Below are positions 17,987 through 27,300 of a DNA stretch of 64,000 nucleotides, in pieces. The notes under the pieces are model-generated. The model saw only the letters and a program-made list of their open reading frames with translations. It made no database searches and was not told the origin of the DNA. The stretch lies in the NCBI GenBank assembly GCA_963714275.1, contig CAVQNT010000002.1, positions 826,883 through 890,882 of the forward strand. The letters are read 5' to 3'. Position 1 is the first letter of the stretch. Each line of letters starts with the position of its first letter. The DNA comes from Candidatus Bathyarchaeota archaeon. GTDB lineage: Archaea > Thermoproteota > Bathyarchaeia > Bathyarchaeales > DTEX01. Position numbers and translations under genes: made by a program.

Positions 17987-18796
17987 TCACCTTAACACAT
18001 TGAGATCTGCCATAACATCCGCGACCTTCTTCGCCTTCTCTTCAGCTGTTCCTTCGACGATTTGTCCCTTCCTTTTCCCCATTGAAGGAGCGTAGACCTT
18101 TGCGACCCACGTCGGTGAACCCGAAAGACCGAAAAGCTGTTCGTTGGCTAAGCCTGACAGGTCGTTTGCAGTCCAAACTGTAACCTCGGCTTTTCTTGAC
18201 TTCAGCTTGTCCTTTAGTGTGGGTAGGCGGGGATTGTTGATGTCTTTGGTTACGGTAATGAGCCCGGGAAAACGCATTTGAACCAAAAGGCAATTTTCGT
18301 CCAATCTGGACTTGACAACTATTTCTACTGCGTTTACTTTTCGAATTTCCTCGACGTATGCTGCGTGTGGAACGTTGAGAAACTCAGCCACTTCAGGTCC
18401 AACTTGCGCCGTGTCTCCGTCAATGGTTTTCTCTCCGCAAACGACCAAATCAAACGCTTCAATTTTCCTGATTGCGCATGACAAAGTGTAAGAGGTGGCC
18501 AACGTGTCTGCCCCAGCGAACTTCGCGTCAGAAAGAAGAACAGTCCTGTCTGCGCCTCTCGCCAAAGCGTCCCTGAGAGCCTCCTCCGCCTTCGGAGGTC
18601 CCATGCTAAGAACGGTTACGATGCCACCTGTTTGCTCCTTAATCTGCACAGCTGCCTCCAAAGCGTTCAGGTCGAAAGGATTAATGACGGCGCCTGCGGA
18701 ACTTCTGTCTAGACGCCCTTTTTCGTAGTCGAACCTAACTTTCTCGATGTCGGGAACCTGCTTCAAAAGAACGATTATGTTAAGACTTTTCAGCAT
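17987..18796 (-). CDS. etfB: Electron transfer flavoprotein beta subunit
   Basis: The N-terminus MLKSLNIIVLLKQVPD is typical of EtfB. The track ORF extends to 18823; I prefer the internal Met at 18796. Confidence 0.85.
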   Translation of the reverse strand: MLKSLNIIVLLKQVPDIEKVRFDYEKGRLDRSSAGAVINPFDLNALEAAVQIKEQTGGIVTVLSMGPPKAEEALRDALARGADRTVLLSDAKFAGADTLATSYTLSCAIRKIEAFDLVVCGEKTIDGDTAQVGPEVAEFLNVPHAAYVEEIRKVNAVEIVVKSRLDENCLLVQMRFPGLITVTKDINNPRLPTLKDKLKSRKAEVTVWTANDLSGLANEQLFGLSGSPTWVAKVYAPSMGKRKGQIVEGTAEEKAKKVADVMADLNVLR

Positions 18797-18872
18797 CGCG
18801 TTTTCCACTCGGCAGTTCTCCATTTTTATCTTGACTCAGGCTCGGACTGAATGATTTTGGGTTGATTTTTTG

Positions 18873-20291
18873 TTAGTAAGCTTTCGCTATGTAGACGACT
18901 TTCTCGGCTTTTCCTCCACAGACAACGCAGTCTGAGTCAGGCTTCTCTTCAACGTCGATTCTGTGCCCCCTGATTTCGCCGCCTGACTCCTCTTTGATGG
19001 TTTCAGCGCATCCCACGTCCTCGCACCAGCAGACTCGAGCAATCTTTCTGTCGTTAATTGCTTTTCTCAGCGAACCCATGTCCCTGACGTTGGTAGTCAT
19101 CTCCTCAAGGGTTAAACGGCTTTTCTTTTGCAGATTTTCGGTCAAGGAGCCAAAAATTTCTGTGACAGCGGAGACTGCCTTGTCAAAGTCAACGGAGCTT
19201 CTTTTGAGACTGACACGTTCAGAAATCGTCACGCGCCTCTCTTTCAGGTCCCTCGGTCCCACTTCTACCCTCACTGGAACGCCGAGCATCTCCCAGTGGT
19301 AGAACTTTTCTCCCGGCGTCTTTTCTCCACTATCCATATTGACTCTGAATCCCGCCTTTTTGATGCCTTCGTAGACTTCTTTCGCGTAGGCTTCGACCTT
19401 GCCTTCGGATTCTTTGTAATGAATTGGAACAACAATAACCTGGACGGGAGCAACCTCCGGGGGCAACACTAAGCCGTGGTCGTCGCCATGCTGACCTATG
19501 ACAGCAGCTAATACACGGCTTATGCCAAACCCGTAACAGGTCTGCGAAACGTTCCTCCGCGTTCCCTCGGTGTCTTCATACGTGATTTCGAAGGCTTTAG
19601 CAAAATTTTCGCCCAAGTTGTGAACCGTGCCGATCTGGTTGACCCTTCCGTCAGGGTTCCAAGCGTCAAAGGCAACCGAGTAAACTGCTCCGGCGAACTT
19701 GTCGAAGTCGGGACGCTTAAGCATATAATACGAAAGCCCCAACCGCCCAAAAATGTCAACGTAAATCCTAAGCGCCTCTTTGACTTGCTCTTCAGCTGAA
19801 CTCCCGTTTTCGTGTGCTGTGTGAGCTTCGTTCCACAGGAACTCCCTCATCCTCAGCAGTGGGCGTGTTGCCTTGGTTTCGTACCTGTAGACGCATACGC
19901 TTTGGTAAATCCTCAGCGGAAGGTCAGCGTGAGACCTGATCCACTGGGCGAACATGGGGTACATGGCGGTTTCAGAAGTCGGTCTCAGCAGCATTCTTCT
20001 TTCGAGCTTCCTTTTTCCAGCACTCGTTATCCAGAAAACTTCAGCGGTGAAGCCTTCGATGTGTTCAGCTTCCTTGGCGAAATCATCTTCCGATATGGTT
20101 ACTGGAAAAAGCATCGGGTCGTGGCTTGTTGCGTCAAGCTGGTCTTCAAGCATATTGGTTATTTTTTTTGTTATTTTTGCTCCCCACGATTTGTACACGG
20201 CGAAGCCTTTGACGGGGTACCTGTTGTCCATAATTTCCGCTTTGAACAGCGTATCGTCGAACCACGTGCTGAAGTCTTGAAACTTCTTCAT
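18873..20291 (-). CDS. proS: Prolyl-tRNA synthetase (archaeal/eukaryotic type)
   Basis: Class II aaRS motifs and a C-terminal Zn-binding domain (CWCEDVGC...CVVCG). The start is probably MKKFQDFSTWF (20291); the track ORF starts at 20342. Confidence 0.9.
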   Translation of the reverse strand: MKKFQDFSTWFDDTLFKAEIMDNRYPVKGFAVYKSWGAKITKKITNMLEDQLDATSHDPMLFPVTISEDDFAKEAEHIEGFTAEVFWITSAGKRKLERRMLLRPTSETAMYPMFAQWIRSHADLPLRIYQSVCVYRYETKATRPLLRMREFLWNEAHTAHENGSSAEEQVKEALRIYVDIFGRLGLSYYMLKRPDFDKFAGAVYSVAFDAWNPDGRVNQIGTVHNLGENFAKAFEITYEDTEGTRRNVSQTCYGFGISRVLAAVIGQHGDDHGLVLPPEVAPVQVIVVPIHYKESEGKVEAYAKEVYEGIKKAGFRVNMDSGEKTPGEKFYHWEMLGVPVRVEVGPRDLKERRVTISERVSLKRSSVDFDKAVSAVTEIFGSLTENLQKKSRLTLEEMTTNVRDMGSLRKAINDRKIARVCWCEDVGCAETIKEESGGEIRGHRIDVEEKPDSDCVVCGGKAEKVVYIAKAY

Positions 20292-20461
20292 CGAACCAGC
20301 CATCCTTAAAGAGAATCTTTTTTTCAGACTCGTCCGATTCACTCATTGAGGTGAGACTTAATAAATCTTTTATTTCAGTTGACCGTAATTCCAAAAAAAT
20401 CATCAAAATTGGTTAGGTAAGCATATTTACCAGTTTCCCATGATTATAGAAGTGATGGACT

Positions 20462-20872
20462 ATGACTCTGGATTACGAGAAAATACTTGACGAAGCTTAC
20501 GGTGAGCTGCCGCAGGAAGCTCCAAAACATGAACGGTTCGAGGTTCCCCGGCCAATCTGCACCACTTTCGGCGCAAGAACAATTTTCCAAAACTTCAAAG
20601 AAGCCTGCGACATACTGAACAGGGACCCAGTTCACGTGTTAAGGTTCCTTTCCAAGGAATTGGCGACTGCTGGAATAATGGATGGCAACAGAGCGATTTT
20701 TCATGGGAAATTCGGGACTGACACGTTCGGTGGATTGCTGAAAAGGTACGTGGACGGGTTTATCATGTGTCCAGTGTGTAAAAGACCTGACACAAAAATC
20801 GTGAGGGAAAAACGACTTTACTTCCTCGTATGCGAAGCGTGCGGAGCCAGGTCATCCGTTAAACCCGCGTAA
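20462..20872 (+). CDS. Translation initiation factor aIF2 beta subunit
   Basis: 136 aa with a C-terminal Zn ribbon (CPVCKRPDT...CEACG) and the typical eIF2-beta/eIF5 core. Confidence 0.9.
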   Translation: MTLDYEKILDEAYGELPQEAPKHERFEVPRPICTTFGARTIFQNFKEACDILNRDPVHVLRFLSKELATAGIMDGNRAIFHGKFGTDTFGGLLKRYVDGFIMCPVCKRPDTKIVREKRLYFLVCEACGARSSVKPA

Positions 20873-20900
20873 GGCAGAGAACGAAGCGGAAGCGCCGAAC

Positions 20901-21197
20901 TTGGAAGCCTATGTCAACCTGCGGAAGTGGGGCAGACAAGTTCTTCTAGCCATTTGCGACGCCGAGATTTTGGGAAAAACCTTTCAAGAGGCAGGCGTGG
21001 CTTTTGAGGTTAAAGAAGACTTTTATAAGGGTGTCAAGACAAGCATCGACGAAGCTTTGAACCTCGTTAAGCAATCCACAATAGTCAACCTCGTTGGAAG
21101 CAATGTCGTCAAAAAAGCCATCGAAAAAGGCTACGTCCACCCTGAAGCCGTAATCACAATCTGCGGCGTCCTCCACGCACAAATAGTGAAAATGTAA
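20901..21197 (+). CDS. DUF424 family protein
   Basis: 98 aa (LAICDAEILGKTF...). This is the usual neighbour of aIF2-beta in archaea. Confidence 0.6.
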   Translation: MEAYVNLRKWGRQVLLAICDAEILGKTFQEAGVAFEVKEDFYKGVKTSIDEALNLVKQSTIVNLVGSNVVKKAIEKGYVHPEAVITICGVLHAQIVKM

Positions 21198-21326
21198 AAA
21201 AGCACAGGAACCATTCAACCGTTGAACTAAGTAAGAAACAAAAAACAGAAAGTTTCCGAAAGGAATATTAAAAGAAACAGAACCAAAAGGTTCTATAAAA
21301 CCCGCAACTACAGTTTATGTCAAAGC

Positions 21327-21402
21327 GCCGGGGTGGCCGAGCGGTTTAGGCGGCGGGCTGCAGACTCGCTGTACATGGGTTCAAATCCCATCCCCGGCTC
21401 CA
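21327..21402 (+). tRNA. tRNA-Cys (anticodon GCA), CCA encoded
   Basis: Manual fold: acceptor GCCGGGG/CCCCGGC, anticodon arm GCGGG-CTGCAGA-CTCGC, T arm ATGGG-TTCAAAT-CCCAT, discriminator U73 (a Cys identity element). Confidence 0.9.
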
Positions 21403-21482
21403 TGGATTAAACTTATAAGCTTGCTTTTTTTGGGATATTTTGAGTTTTCCGCTTCGCGGATGTTTCTCGAATCTTGATTCAA

Positions 21483-22142
21483 TCAGGGTGCTTGCGAGGT
21501 GAGTGGTTGACCGATTATCGTGAGGAGGCTTTTGGACATCCTTCCGTTTTTCACGAGCTCGTAACCAGCTTGTCTTGCTGCCTGAAAGATTTCCTCGGCT
21601 TTTTCTGGGTTCTCTTCCATATATTGAGAGTGGGGTCTGAGTAGTGCTCCTGAGAACTCAACGTTACAGTCCTTCGCCAGTTCCTTTACAATCCTAAGGA
21701 CAGTTCCGAAGTTGCCCATTTCCCACCAGCCACTCGAAGCCACAAGCACAATTTTGCTGATCTTGACATCAGAGCGGAACCTCGCGCGTGTGCGACCATT
21801 TTGCCGTTTGAGAACTGGGTCAATAAGGGGGACAAGCCTATTGATAAGGTTCTGTATTTCACCGGGCAAAGGGACATAGACGGGTGTGGCCAGCACGAGA
21901 ATGTCTGCTTCGCGCAACTTTGGATAAAGGGACTGCATGCTGTCGTTAATGTAGCATTCACTGGGCTTCTTGTTCCAGCAGTAAAGGTCTCCGTCGCAGG
22001 GCTTGATATTTAGGCGCCTCGCATAAAACAGTTCAACCGTCACTCCAGCCTTCTGCATGCCTTCGAGAAAGGGCGTCAGAATCTTTGCAGTCCTACCCTT
22101 CTCCATCTTCGGGCTACCATTTATGGCTACTACGTTGGTCAA
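21483..22142 (-). CDS. Flavodoxin-like fold NAD(P)H-dependent FMN reductase / iron-sulfur flavoprotein
   Basis: 219 aa with INGSPKMEKGRTAKI and LVLATPVY motifs. Confidence 0.7.
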   Translation of the reverse strand: MTNVVAINGSPKMEKGRTAKILTPFLEGMQKAGVTVELFYARRLNIKPCDGDLYCWNKKPSECYINDSMQSLYPKLREADILVLATPVYVPLPGEIQNLINRLVPLIDPVLKRQNGRTRARFRSDVKISKIVLVASSGWWEMGNFGTVLRIVKELAKDCNVEFSGALLRPHSQYMEENPEKAEEIFQAARQAGYELVKNGRMSKSLLTIIGQPLTSQAP

Positions 22143-22388
22143 AACGAATCTCCTCTTTTCAAAGAAGATTGTTTCATGTATATTTATTGATTATCTCTTC
22201 ACGGCCAGGGCTAAAGAAAAAGGGAATGTTAAGGTTTAGTTAGCTAGCAGTTTACTCGCAGTCATTATGTGTTACTTCACTAATTCAAGATTCTTTGGTA
22301 ACTCTAAGTTCATATGTGCGACTATTAAAATTTAGAAAGTTCCCTGACTCAATACTAAAAAAATAAAAAGGGGAGAGAGTGGGCTATT

Positions 22389-24566
22389 TTATGCCACTTT
22401 CTTTTGTAGGGTTATTACTGCTACGATTGATGCTAGTGCTGCGATGAGTGATAGGACTATTGCTCCGTAAACGGCTGTTGAGATTGTCGAAGTCGTGGCA
22501 GAAGCTGCTTCGGCAGCTGTTTTGGCAGCTGTTGCAGCTGTGGATGCTACTGAAGCTGCGGAGGCTGCGGTTGCAGCTTGAGTGGAAGCGGTTTGAGCAT
22601 AGGTTTCGATGCTTACTAGTCGTGTGGATAATCCGCTTATTTGAGTTGTTAACGCAGACTGGGCGTCAGCAACTGCGGTCTGGATTGCAGTTAATTGGGT
22701 CTTTAGGGATGGTAAGCCGGTGCTGGTGCTATTGACGTAGGATTTTAAGCTGTTTAATGTAGTATCAATAGCGGTGAGCTTGTCCAAGATTACATTTTCT
22801 GCTTCTCCGACAACTGTAAACAGCTTATACGAATCAAGTGTAGGAAGTACGCTTGATACTCCCATCTTATAGAGCGCTATGACGTGTGCGCCTGGATTGA
22901 AGCCAGCGCCAATTACTATCTTAAATGCTGACAGTTCTCCTTTGCTGGAGCCCATGAAGTATTTCGGGTAACCAGACGAGGAGTTGGTAAAGAAGTCCTT
23001 GGAATAGTCTACGCATAGGTCGTAGTAAGCAGGATACGCTAAGCCTGTTCCTGTTATAGTTACCTCAGTTCCGTTGTTTATAGGTGAAGCGGGTGAGATG
23101 GTTAACAGAATCGTTACGGTAAAGGTAGCATTAGAGTATGTTTGAAGTATTCATTTGTGACAGCACTGACATCGTGGTCTCCTCCCACAGTAGTAGGAAC
23201 AGTGAATGCAGGTGAAACGAACTGGCCATTTGCGCCTGTGTAAACTTTGTATACCAAATTCGAATTTGTAGTCTTTGCAAGAGCATCGGTGTAATCCCAT
23301 ATAATGGTTACATTATTATCATTTGTATATGGGAATCCGTATCCAGAAGCAACAACAGATGTGCCAATTGGTCCACTTGAGGGGGTAAGGATTAAGGTTG
23401 GTACCACAGTTACCGTTGCGTTCATGTTGTAGGTAAGGTCGACTAACGTTATTGTGTGTATGCCCATCTGCGATACGGGTACTGTAACGCTGACGTTGAA
23501 GAATCCAGTTACACTATTCACGGTAATACCAGATATGAGTGTTACTTGTGTTGATGCCCCATAATCCCAATACAGAGCAGCTGTACCGCCAGGGTTGGTG
23601 AAGTTGACTGATACATAGATGACTGCACTAACTTTGACGCTGCCATCAACATAACCGTTACCTTGTGCGCCACCCATGCCAAGGTAAGTATTTACTTGTA
23701 GCCACCTTCTTTCGTTCTCAGTATATGTCTTTGTGGCGAGAATACTTACAGTTCCATTATAGTAGGCGTTCACGTATTTTGTCGTTTCAGCGTTGAATAA
23801 CTTACTCTCTGCAACGACGAATGTAGCAGTAAAGGTTCCATTCGTGTATGGTGTTATGAGTGGAATAACTACTGGTGTTGTACGCTGAATTGGAATTAGC
23901 ATAAGATACATTCAGTTTCTTTGTGTTGTCCCAAGCCATACCCTTGACTGTAACTGTTGTTCCTACTGGTCCAGAGGATGGAGTGATTGTTATTGATTCG
24001 TAGGGTTTCCATTGGTTCACTGAGACCGCAACATCACTTGATGGTATGCTCGCTGAAGGTAAGACGTCAACTATCTTTATGTAGTAATTGACGCCTCTTG
24101 GTACAGTACTTCCAGCTGGTAAGGGTCCAATTATCAAGTTGTTGCCAAGCCAGAACCTCTGACCAGATTTGGCGTCAGTTGTTTTTGAATAATTGCCCGA
24201 TGGTACTGAAGCTATAATACTGCTGAGTGCAAACGGACCTGCATACCATACATCACCGGGATCTATGGTAGCTCCGCCTGTTTCAGATATGTAAAGCCAG
24301 ACTTGTGCACCAGTTATTGTCATGCCTGTTATGTTAATAGCTACAAGATCTCCTGAATCATAAGAGTTAATGTGTGTTTGTATAACACTACCGGTAGCAT
24401 AACCGCCAGGAACAAGGGAATTCCAAGCATTTTCTGTATGAGAAGTTACTTTAAGGAGCGTTGGTTTGCCAGTTATCGTTGCCGATACTGGTATTATGGA
24501 AAGTAATGGTAATGCCATCATTAGTACAACAATAAGTGTAGCAAATACTCTAGATTTCTTTTGCAT
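22389..24566 (-). pseudogene. Large secreted, C-terminally anchored surface protein (S-layer/adhesin candidate), two frameshifts
   Basis: Signal peptide MQKKSRVFATLIVVLMMALPLLSIIPVSA, beta-rich repeats with many N-x-S/T sequons, an Ala/Thr-rich coiled-coil stalk and a C-terminal TM segment (AVYGAIVLSLIAALASIVAVITL). Three track ORFs are linked by frame changes near 23850-23911 and 23114-23140. The downstream frame stays open through 22956-23113. Confidence 0.7.
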
Positions 24567-24833
24567 TTTTCATTTTCCTTCTTTTAGTTTGTAGTAGAAC
24601 TGTCTTCTAGATTGGATATTTATATGTTGTGTTAACAATCTGTTGCGTTTTGTCTACAACAATCTTAGCCAACACAATATAATAATACAATAATATATCC
24701 GATAATGATATGCCGATATAGAATCAACTAAAAACAGAGGAACATAATCCATCACCTCGACCCTCATTAACAATCTCACTCAGAAGACGGCACCGAAAAT
24801 GTGGGGGGCGAATGTATCACATGATAAGCCATA

Positions 24834-25409
24834 TTAAGAAAATTTCAGGCGAATAATTCCTTTAAAGCATTTTTTTTCTTGAGTCTTATATCCCATTGAG
24901 TGCATTGCTCCTTCTATGAAGTTCTGCAGCAGAAGCGACCTTTCTTGAGAGGTGAAGGCTGAGATACATCTAAACTGAACCGTTTCTTTATCGTGTTTCA
25001 TGGTTACCTCGTTTAGGTCCCATCTGCCTTCCTGCAACAACCTTAGAAAAATTTCAAGCGGTCTTTCGAACTTTTCTTTCAAATATATTCCGTACCATTT
25101 ACCTGCATTATACCACAGCTGCTGCAGCTCCTCGCCTTTTTCGCTGAATGTTTTCAGTATTAGATAGTCCAAAATATATCTAGGCGTGTAAATGGTGCCT
25201 GCTTCCTTAGGTACTTCGAGAATCTCGTAGATGTCCAGAATCTCCTTAAGGTTTCGCTTCAGATCATAAGCCCGTACTGCCTGCTCAAAAATTTCAGAAA
25301 CATAACTGTATAGGGTTTTTCTTTGACGGCTTGCATCCTGACTTAGCCTTTTAACTAGATTACTGGGTACCCTTATGAGCTTCTGCTTCTTTGAATCAGG
25401 TTCAGACAT
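24834..25409 (-). CDS. Uncharacterised protein: putative RHH N-terminus plus V4R-like C-terminal domain (paralog B)
   Basis: 191 aa, roughly 30% identical by eye to the upstream gene (TLYSYVSEIFEQAVRA, WYNAGKWYG, FIEGAMHSMGY, GIIRLKF). Its start overlaps the upstream stop (TAATG). Confidence 0.45.
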   Translation of the reverse strand: MSEPDSKKQKLIRVPSNLVKRLSQDASRQRKTLYSYVSEIFEQAVRAYDLKRNLKEILDIYEILEVPKEAGTIYTPRYILDYLILKTFSEKGEELQQLWYNAGKWYGIYLKEKFERPLEIFLRLLQEGRWDLNEVTMKHDKETVQFRCISAFTSQERSLLLQNFIEGAMHSMGYKTQEKKCFKGIIRLKFS

Positions 25410-25966
25410 TACTTATCCGACGACTTCAAAAATTTTAAGTTAATAATGCCCCTAGAAACCTCGCTTTGAATTAGGCCATATCCAAGTGCGTTTAAGGCGC
25501 CCTCCAAAAACTTACTGAAGATTTCTGTGTATGTTGCTGAGAACTTTGAACTTAGGCAGGTAAGAACTGCGTTCTTGCCATCCTCTGAAATCTTGAATTC
25601 GGAAATATCCCAAAAATACCTTTTGACTGCAGTTTCGAATTTTTTCAATTCTTCGTAATAGTGTCCATACCACTGTCCAGTTTCGTACCAAAGAGCCGTC
25701 ATTTTTTCTTTGCCTACGCGTTTTTTTGAAACCTCAGCCAAATCATATACTATCTTCTCTGGAACTACTATAAACCCAGCGTCTCTCGCTGTTTTAATCA
25801 TCCACCTGTCGTCAAGAACGTCCTTAAACGTTAAGCCTAACTCCTCAGCTCTGATAGCTTGCTCAAAAATGTCATTCACGTAGTCGTAAAGTGTCCCTCT
25901 TCGAGCTGAAATCATGGAAATTTTATCAGCTAAATCTAATCTGACCCACAGAACCTTTCTTTTCAT
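25409..25966 (-). CDS. Uncharacterised protein: putative RHH N-terminus plus V4R-like C-terminal domain (paralog A)
   Basis: 185 aa with VLWVRLDLADKISMISARRGTLYDYVNDIFEQAIRA (strand-helix-helix pattern), WYETGQWYG, FLEGALNALGY, GIINLKF. Confidence 0.45.
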   Translation of the reverse strand: MKRKVLWVRLDLADKISMISARRGTLYDYVNDIFEQAIRAEELGLTFKDVLDDRWMIKTARDAGFIVVPEKIVYDLAEVSKKRVGKEKMTALWYETGQWYGHYYEELKKFETAVKRYFWDISEFKISEDGKNAVLTCLSSKFSATYTEIFSKFLEGALNALGYGLIQSEVSRGIINLKFLKSSDK

Positions 25967-26027
25967 ATATCAAACAATCCTCCAGCAACCCTTCAACTTA
26001 AACTCAACAACAGCAAATACTAAGATA

Positions 26028-26054
26028 ATAATTTACCACTTTTATAATTTACCA
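26028..26054. promoter_or_regulatory. Tandem direct repeat ATAATTTACCA (x2, 16-nt period) in the divergent promoter region
   Basis: Copies at 26028-26038 and 26044-26054, between the paralog pair (start 25966) and the ABC operon (start 26305). Confidence 0.45.
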
Positions 26055-26304
26055 GTGATACGAACAATAAAACAACTTAAGAGAGAAGTAAATCTTTCCA
26101 AAAAATCCAACAAACACAGCAAAATAAGTAACCAGAAAAATTTAAATATGCAAACTCGAATCATTAAGCGCCTACTTGGAATCGGTGAAAATACGATGTC
26201 CCTTAGAAACCAGCATTAGGAACAAGTAAATAGATTTTTTTAGTTCCAAGTGATGTTTAGGCTGGCTGTAGGCGTTATAAAAAATTTTAAAGGAGGATTA
26301 CTCC

Positions 26305-27300
26305 TTGGACTACGCTGTTGAAACCTTTCAGATTTCAAAAATATTCGAATCAAAAGAAAAAGGCCAAAAACGGTCGGTTAGGGCAGTTGACCGAGTAGAC
26401 ATCAAAGTCAAGAAGGGAGAATTCTTCGGTCTCTTAGGCCCTAATGGCGCTGGAAAAACGACGTTAATAAAAATTTTGTGCACCATAATTCTTCCAGACG
26501 AAGGCACAGCGAAAGTCAACGGATACGACATTCTGAAACAATCATACGATGCGAGAAGCAGCTTCGGATGGTTCCACGGCGAAACAGGCGGCAGATCATT
26601 GTACTGGAGACTTAGCGCTGAGGACAACCTTAGGTTTTACGCTTATCTTCAGAATGTTCCCAGAGAGGTTGCTGACAAAAGGATCGATGCGCTTTTAGAG
26701 TTTTTCGAGCTAACCGAGGAACGAAAAAGCTGAGTCAAGGAATACTCAACCGGAATGAAGGTCAAAGTCATGCTTACCAGGGCACTGCTTCACAATCCTC
26801 CGATTCTATTTATGGACGAACCCACAATCGGGTTGGACACAATAAGCGCTGTGGACACTCGAAAATTGCTGAAAGCCCTCAACACTGAACTTGGAAAGAC
26901 GATTATCTTCACTAGCCACAACATGTTCGAAGTTGAGCAGCTCTGCGATAGGGTTGCAATAATGAGGAAAGGCAAGATAATAGCTGACTCCTCGCCTTCC
27001 CAGCTTAGGGAAACGTTGAGAGACATAAGAGCCGTCGAGGTCGAAGTTAGAGACAATATTGACATAAAGAAAATCGCTGAAAACCTTGCCAACATGCCTA
27101 TTGTCGTAAAAATTCTAGAGACAGAAAACAACGCTTCCTCCGGCGTGATTCGACTTCAAGTCGAAAACGAGTACGAGGCAATTCCCATCATAGCGGAAAA
27201 AATCCGCTCTTTAGGAATCAAAGTTTCAGCGATACGGCAGTCTGAACCGTCGTTCGAAGACATCTTCGTTAAACTGACCAGAGAGGAAGAGAACCCTTGA
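26305..27300 (+). pseudogene. ABC transporter ATP-binding protein with an in-frame TGA
   Basis: Walker A GPNGAGKTT lies before, and signature/Walker B (YSTGMKVKV..LFMDEPTIGLD) after, an in-frame TGA at 26731-26733 (AGC TGA GTC). Both track ORFs are in the same frame. Confidence 0.85.

Noticed and set aside
20370-20420. Possible C/D-box sRNA on the minus strand (ttGATGAttttttt...caaCTGAaat) in the proS/aIF2-beta intergenic region
   Set aside because: The C-box is imperfect (U instead of R before UGAUGA). The C-to-D spacing (about 21 nt) does not fit the C-guide-D'/C'-guide-D layout, and there is no second box pair.
26731-26733. TGA reassignment (Trp, Gly or Sec) as the explanation for in-frame TGAs
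   Set aside because: TGA is the terminator of several intact genes here (21483-21485 on the minus strand, 27298-27300, 29065-29067, 35030-35032). I saw no SECIS-like hairpin. Both in-frame TGAs share the AGCTGAG context seen at frameshift sites.
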